From positions 1 to 19,958 of the forward strand of contig CAVTWJ010000006.1 in the NCBI GenBank assembly GCA_963738405.1: DNA of 19,958 nt. Direction: 5' to 3'. The position numbers and the translations under genes are program-made. This stretch comes from a candidate division FCPU426 bacterium. Lineage in GTDB: Bacteria > Oederibacteriota > Muellerivitia > Muellerivitales > Muellerivitaceae. This document shows, piece after piece, positions 14,591 to 19,958 of this stretch (the first letter of the stretch is position 1; the number at the start of each line of letters is the position of its first letter). Below the pieces are notes generated by a model. It saw only the letters and a program-made list of their open reading frames with translations. It made no database searches and was not told the origin of the DNA.

Positions 14591-15670
14591 ATGAATTCGG
14601 ATCGCATTCATTTCAGGGGTCTTAACGGAATAAGGGCCATTGCCGCCTTGACCGTCATTCTTTTTCATACCACATCGTTTCTTCCCGATTTCAAATTAAA
14701 AGGCTACAGTTTTTGGATGGATGATTGGGCGGGTTACAGCGTCACCTTGTTTTTCGTCTTGAGCGGTTTTTTGATCACCTACCTGTTGGCGGTGGAAAAA
14801 ACCAAAACCGGCACCCTCCACCTTAAGAATTTTTATATCCGGCGCATTTTGCGGATCTGGCCGGTTTATTACCTGACCATTCTGATGAGCTTGGCGCTGA
14901 TTCCGTTCGTCCCTGCGGTAGGGTTTAATCCTACAACGGCCAAATCCCTGCCGTTTGACCTCTTCTTTTTCCCCAACATCGCCTATAGCTATGCTTTCTC
15001 CATCCCTGCCTTGACCCCCTTGTGGTCGGTCGGGGTGGAACAGCAGTTTTACGCCTTCTGGCCCTGGCTGATGAAAAAATCAGGCTCGCTCAAGACCTCT
15101 TTTGCCCTGGTCATATTGGTTTGCGTCTTATTGAAGCTTGGGGCGAAACTTTACGGAAACGACCACCTCTACCGCCTCGCGCGGTTCACCGAATTCGACA
15201 GCATGGCCATCGGCGGGCTGGGGGCGCTATGGCTCAAGGAAAAATCACCGCTCCTCCAATGGGCCTACCACCCCCTATCCCAAATAGCCGCCTGGGGCTT
15301 GTTTATTTATGCGACGGTTTACAAACCGGTCCTCGTCTATCCGTTGATCGATCACGACCTATACGCCTTCATCTTTTTAATCCTCATCCTCAACGTCAGC
15401 ACCAACCCGAAAACCCTGGTCGATCTTGAAAACCGGGTGATGGACTATTTGGGAAAAATTTCCTACGGGCTTTATTGCTACCACATGCCGGTGATCCGCG
15501 TCCTGATGTCCTTTCGCTTTCAATCCAGCGCCCTTCTTTTCTTTTTAGTCCTTTTTTTCTCGGTCACGCTGGCTACGCTTTCTTTCTACTTTTATGAACG
15601 CCGCTTTATCAACATGAAGGATGGATATAGCGACGTCTTAAGCCAAAGCTCCATGGCGCCTTCGGCGTAA
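14591..15670 (+). CDS. Acyltransferase family 3 (OafA-like) membrane protein
   Basis: LNGIRAIAA, FFVLSGFLIT, FYIRRILRIWPVY, WSVGVEQQFY, LGKISYGLYCYH. Confidence 0.92.
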   Translation: MNSDRIHFRGLNGIRAIAALTVILFHTTSFLPDFKLKGYSFWMDDWAGYSVTLFFVLSGFLITYLLAVEKTKTGTLHLKNFYIRRILRIWPVYYLTILMSLALIPFVPAVGFNPTTAKSLPFDLFFFPNIAYSYAFSIPALTPLWSVGVEQQFYAFWPWLMKKSGSLKTSFALVILVCVLLKLGAKLYGNDHLYRLARFTEFDSMAIGGLGALWLKEKSPLLQWAYHPLSQIAAWGLFIYATVYKPVLVYPLIDHDLYAFIFLILILNVSTNPKTLVDLENRVMDYLGKISYGLYCYHMPVIRVLMSFRFQSSALLFFLVLFFSVTLATLSFYFYERRFINMKDGYSDVLSQSSMAPSA

Positions 15671-15769
15671 AAGGGCAGCCCGGCGGACTATCCGACCGCG
15701 GGCGGTGGGGAAGTTGTTTTGAGGGCGGTTTGGATGGATGATAAAGGCCACCCTTGCGAAGGAGCCGTC

Positions 15770-16645
15770 TTGAAAAAACCGCCCCCCTCCCTCTGGGTCG
15801 TGGTGACCGGAGTCACCGCCGATCCGCCGGGCGCCACCTATGGCCCGAGGCTTCCTGAAAATTACGAGCTCATTTGGATCATGGAAGGGGAAGTCAAGGC
15901 GACTTTCGGCCAGGCCATAATCCAAGGCAAAGAAGGCACCTTCCTTTTCCGGCGTCCAGGGGTGCGTGATTATTACGAATGGTCCACCCGGGGCCGGACG
16001 GTTCACGCCTATGTCCAATTCCAGATTCCCCGCGGAGGGTTCGCCCTGCCCCCCAAAGGCATACCGGCTTCCCGAACGATATCGGACAACGATGTGCTCC
16101 GCCCTCTCTTCAATTATTTATTGAAGCTGGACGCCTTGAAGGAACCCAAAAGGACCGAGCTCATGATCCCGACCCTGGAACTGATGCTGAAAAGTTATAT
16201 TTCCGGACAGGTCGGAGTCAAACCCCAGCTGGCTTCTCAAGTGCCCGAATTGGTCGAGCGATCGGTAGAAATCATCACCCGGCGGGTTGAACAGGCCCCC
16301 TCCGATCGTCTGAGCCTGAGCGAACTTTCCAAGGCGGTCCATACCTCGCCTGAGAATTTGTGCCGTCTTTTCCAGAAATCCCTGCATTTGGGCCCGCTGG
16401 AATACGCCAAGTTGGTCCGGTTGGACAGGGCCGCCCATCTTCTCCGGAGAACCAACCAGAGCATCAAGGAGATCGCATCCGCGACCGGCTTTTATGACGC
16501 CTTTCATTTGTCAAAGAGTTTCAAGAAGGTCTACGGTCTTTCGCCCAAGGTTTTCAAAACGTCCAAATTGAACGAGTGGATCACCCAAAGAAACCCGATC
16601 GTTCAGACCCTTTACAACAGTCCCTACCACAAGCCCCGAAAATAA
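15770..16645 (+). CDS. AraC-family transcriptional regulator
   Basis: N-terminal cupin-like region, C-terminal LSELSKAVHTSPENLCRLF and IKEIASATGFYDAFHLSKSFKKVYGLSP. Start uncertain (TTG 15770 after AAGGAG; ORF open from 15719). Confidence 0.92.
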   Translation: MKKPPPSLWVVVTGVTADPPGATYGPRLPENYELIWIMEGEVKATFGQAIIQGKEGTFLFRRPGVRDYYEWSTRGRTVHAYVQFQIPRGGFALPPKGIPASRTISDNDVLRPLFNYLLKLDALKEPKRTELMIPTLELMLKSYISGQVGVKPQLASQVPELVERSVEIITRRVEQAPSDRLSLSELSKAVHTSPENLCRLFQKSLHLGPLEYAKLVRLDRAAHLLRRTNQSIKEIASATGFYDAFHLSKSFKKVYGLSPKVFKTSKLNEWITQRNPIVQTLYNSPYHKPRK

Positions 16646-16806
16646 ACCCGGCTTCGAAATTAAACCGGTTTCACCCCGCCTCAAAGTCAAAATCTTCCAT
16701 CCATTGGTCATTCCTGTACATGGTTTATTGAACCCGGCGGAGTAAGCTTGACAACAAGCAAGGCCCGATGGACTGACGGCCTTGAAACAGTTTCAACGGG
16801 GAAACC

Positions 16807-19242
16807 ATGAAGATCGTCTTTGGAAAAAATTCGTCGGCACCCAAAGCGCGGTCTGTTTTTTTGTCGGCTCGTAAAAGCGCTTTCGCCGCCTTGATCATTT
16901 TCCTCTACATGACCTCGCCTGTCTGGGCCATGCCCCCCGCTGGATACAACCTGGTTTGGAGCGACGAGTTTAACGGAAACGTGGGGAGCGCCCCGAACAG
17001 CGCCAACTGGACCTACAACACGGGCGCGGGCGGTTGGGGCAACAACGAATTAGAAAACTACACGACCAGCACCGCCAACTCCCAGATCATCTCCGACCCT
17101 AACGCCGGCGACGGTAAGGCCCTGGCCCTGATCGCCATCGATACCCAGCCGGGCAACACCAATTACGGCACGGTGGGGCGGTATACCTCCGCCCGCCTTT
17201 TGACTTCGGGCCTTCAAAGTTTCCAATACGGCTACATGGAAGCCCGCATCCAGATGCCCTATGGCGACGGCATATGGCCCGCCTTTTGGATGCTGGGAAA
17301 TAATATCGGCTCGGTGGGGTGGCCCACCTGCGGCGAGATGGACATCATGGAAAATATCGGAAACGTTTCAGACCAGCCCCTCAACCACGGCTCCCTGCAC
17401 GCCCCCGGTTGGAACCCCACCGGAACCTATAGCCTGCCCGGAGGCGCGCTTTACCATAACGCCTACCATACTTTCGGGCTTCTTTGGCAGCAGGACCAGG
17501 TGCAGTTTTACGTGGATGGCACCCTTTATGAAACCCAGACCGCGGCGGGGGCGGCCGGCGCCGGCGGCACCTACGAATTCAACAGCCAATTCTTTTTTCT
17601 GCTGAATATGGCGGTGGGGGGAAGCTGGCCGGGGTCGCCGGATGCCGGCACCTCTTTTCCCCAGACGATGCTGGTGGACTATGTGCGGGTTTACCAGCAA
17701 CCCTCCGGGACCGCGACGCCCACCCCCACCCCGGTGGTGGCTTCCACCTGGAGGGTGAACGCGGGCGCATCCCAGTACACCGACAGCCAGGGCAATGTTT
17801 GGAGCGCGGATGAGAACTATATGGGGGGAACGGCGGCAGTCACCAACAGCGCCATCGCGGGGGCCCTGCCGGGGGCGGGGGACCAGACCCTTTACCAGAG
17901 CCAGAGGTGGGGAAACCCCTTTACTTATGTCTTCAACGTTCCGGCGGGTTCCTATCAGGTGACCCTGAAATTCGCGGAGACCTATTGGACCGCGGCCGGG
18001 GCCAGGGTGTTCAATGTTTCCATCAATGGGAATACGGTCCTCAACAATTTCGATATCTTCCAAACGGCGGGAGGGGCGAACCGGGCCATCGACGAGGTCT
18101 TCAACAATATCGCGCCTTCCGGCGGGGCCATCACGATCACCTTCGGCCCGGCCAGCGTGGATAACGCGATGGTGGACGCCATCCAGATTATCCCCGAGCC
18201 TTCCACGCCCACAACGACGCCGACCAAAACCAACAGCCCCGTGCCGCCATCCCCTACAGGAACGTCGACATTTACGGTAACTAAAACATTTACTTGGACA
18301 ATGTCTCCGACGGCGACCCGGACACCCACTTCCACCCCGACTGCGATTTTCAGCAAGACTTTTACCTCAACTTCTACAATGACTTCCACTTCGACCGCCA
18401 CGCGGACCTTGACCCCTACGGCCAGTTGGTCGGCGACGCCTACGGTGACCCCGGCTTTTACGGCGACTTCAACCTCCACCATCGCTGGAGCCACTTATAC
18501 CTTTACGTCGACCCGCACGAACACCTCAACGGCTACTTCGACCCCGACCGTGACTTCCACCGTCACTCAAACCCCTACGGCAACCTCATCACCTACGGGG
18601 ACGTCCACATCTACTGTGACTAAAACAGCAACCATGACGATGTCCCCGACGGCAACTTTGACTTCAACTCCTACCACCTCACTCCTAACTCCGACTTTCA
18701 CTTTTACCGCAACCTCCACCCCAACCCCCAGGAACACGGGGACGAATACGCCCACCGCTACAAATACTTTCACATTTACAAACACCCTTACTTTTACCAG
18801 GACCCCTACGAGTACACCAACCTATAGTTCCACCACCACACCCACTACCACCTCATCACCCACGGCTACCCAAACCGTTTCCCTAACTTCCACCCACACC
18901 CTGAGCCCGACCTATACCTGGACCCCCACCGAAACCTCAACGACGGTCGTAACTGGAGTCGTTTTTGAACCGCCCTTTCCCAATCCGGCGAATGGTAAGG
19001 GGCCCATCCATATTGATGTTCAGGCCCCATCCGGATCCCGAATCGAATGGACGGTATTTACGATCGGTTTCCGCAAAGTTTTGGAACAATCCGTGACCCT
19101 TCAGGGTCAAAAGGCCGCTCTGGTTTGGACCCAAGAGGACTCCTACGGAAAGCCGGTCGCCAACGGGCTCTACTATTTAAGAGTCCAGGTCACGGGCCCG
19201 GTTCAGTCCAACCAAATCTGGAAACTCTTGGTGTTGCATTAA
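16807..19242 (+). CDS. Secreted GH16 (laminarinase-type) glycoside hydrolase with malectin domain, Thr-rich linker and C-terminal Ig-like domain
   Basis: Signal peptide, [18 protein letters not shown], catalytic GEMDIME (ExDxxE), malectin [12 protein letters not shown] and RVFNVSING, long T/S/P tract, terminal PFPNP...[13 protein letters not shown]. Confidence 0.92.
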   Translation: MKIVFGKNSSAPKARSVFLSARKSAFAALIIFLYMTSPVWAMPPAGYNLVWSDEFNGNVGSAPNSANWTYNTGAGGWGNNELENYTTSTANSQIISDPNAGDGKALALIAIDTQPGNTNYGTVGRYTSARLLTSGLQSFQYGYMEARIQMPYGDGIWPAFWMLGNNIGSVGWPTCGEMDIMENIGNVSDQPLNHGSLHAPGWNPTGTYSLPGGALYHNAYHTFGLLWQQDQVQFYVDGTLYETQTAAGAAGAGGTYEFNSQFFFLLNMAVGGSWPGSPDAGTSFPQTMLVDYVRVYQQPSGTATPTPTPVVASTWRVNAGASQYTDSQGNVWSADENYMGGTAAVTNSAIAGALPGAGDQTLYQSQRWGNPFTYVFNVPAGSYQVTLKFAETYWTAAGARVFNVSINGNTVLNNFDIFQTAGGANRAIDEVFNNIAPSGGAITITFGPASVDNAMVDAIQIIPEPSTPTTTPTKTNSPVPPSPTGTSTFTVTKTFTWTMSPTATRTPTSTPTAIFSKTFTSTSTMTSTSTATRTLTPTASWSATPTVTPAFTATSTSTIAGATYTFTSTRTNTSTATSTPTVTSTVTQTPTATSSPTGTSTSTVTKTATMTMSPTATLTSTPTTSLLTPTFTFTATSTPTPRNTGTNTPTATNTFTFTNTLTFTRTPTSTPTYSSTTTPTTTSSPTATQTVSLTSTHTLSPTYTWTPTETSTTVVTGVVFEPPFPNPANGKGPIHIDVQAPSGSRIEWTVFTIGFRKVLEQSVTLQGQKAALVWTQEDSYGKPVANGLYYLRVQVTGPVQSNQIWKLLVLH

Positions 19243-19269
19243 AAAAACGTGAAGTGAATGGGCCATTGA

Positions 19270-19958
19270 ATGAAAACCAAGCCGACTTCACGAAAATATA
19301 GGAAGTACCGCGATCTGGCGGTTTTCACCCTTTGGGCGTTACCTATTTTCGTCCACGCGGTTACCCTGATTCCCCTCAATTCCGGAATGCAGATGACCTG
19401 CCAATTCGTCAATAACACGGGCGGCCAATACTCCAACAGCCAGATCTATGTGGTGGCGATCGCCCAAAACGCCGCCGGGCAATATTGCCACTTGGACGCC
19501 GCGGGCAACATGGTGCCTTGCGTGGCGGGGGAGAATGGTTCCAGCTACTTCCTTTCCTTGAGCGCTTTCCCAGGTTTCCAATTTCCGCCGGTCATGACCT
19601 CCGCCAGGCTTTATGTCTCGCTAGGGGCGCCCTTGAATATCCCCATTAACCCGGGAACCCCGGTGGGGATCGCCTATCCCAATATCAGCAATCCCACCGA
19701 CCCCAGCATCAACACCTCCTTCGATTGGATCGAGTACAACATCGGAAACGGCCAGATTTTCTGCAACACCACCCAAGTCGATATGTTCGGCATTTCCATG
19801 CTCATGGACCTTTACGACAACGGCGCCGGCGGACCCAGCCTCAACGGGGAAGTAGGAACCACCGAATCCACCAGCTCACTCATGAGCCAATATCTTTCCG
19901 CCGTTCCAGCCGCTTTTGCCGGGCTGGAAGGCCCGATCCGGATCGTCGCACCCCTCCA
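19270..19958 (+). CDS. GH64-family beta-1,3-glucanase (runs off the window end)
   Basis: Not in the ORF track because it has no stop. My translation from ATG 19270 gives a signal-like N-terminus, SARLYVSLG, PNISNPTDPSINTSFDWIEYN and FCNTTQVDMFGI, which are GH64 motifs. Confidence 0.82.
   Translation, partial: MKTKPTSRKYRKYRDLAVFTLWALPIFVHAVTLIPLNSGMQMTCQFVNNTGGQYSNSQIYVVAIAQNAAGQYCHLDAAGNMVPCVAGENGSSYFLSLSAFPGFQFPPVMTSARLYVSLGAPLNIPINPGTPVGIAYPNISNPTDPSINTSFDWIEYNIGNGQIFCNTTQVDMFGISMLMDLYDNGAGGPSLNGEVGTTESTSSLMSQYLSAVPAAFAGLEGPIRIVAPL

Overview
Bacterial genomic window. A sigma54-dependent response regulator (42-1388) on the left and a beta-1,3-glucan-utilisation-type locus on the right (acyltransferase, AraC, GH16-malectin, GH64; about 14.6 kb to the end) flank an accessory island of about 12 kb. 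The main feature is an integron-like gene-cassette array (1402 to about 8600). Eight co-oriented 30-bp imperfect palindromes (11-bp arm / GGGTCCCC core / 11-bp arm, e.g. TTGTCCAATCC-GGGTCCCC-GTCGTGGACAA) and one expanded, degenerate ninth copy each sit just downstream of a minus-strand module. The modules are four single hypothetical genes with no room for a promoter and five type II toxin-antitoxin pairs with their own operator-like upstream regions. The sites do not fit attC, dif or CRISPR patterns, and no recombinase is visible in the window. Next to the array are a cluster of inverted-repeat motifs, an unusual ParB-membrane-anchor fusion gene with hairpin-rich 66-bp in-frame tandem repeats, a possible RelE/RHH pair, and umuD followed by a umuC that is fused in frame to a truncated serine hydrolase at a microhomology. 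All family assignments come from motif recognition by eye, not database searches.
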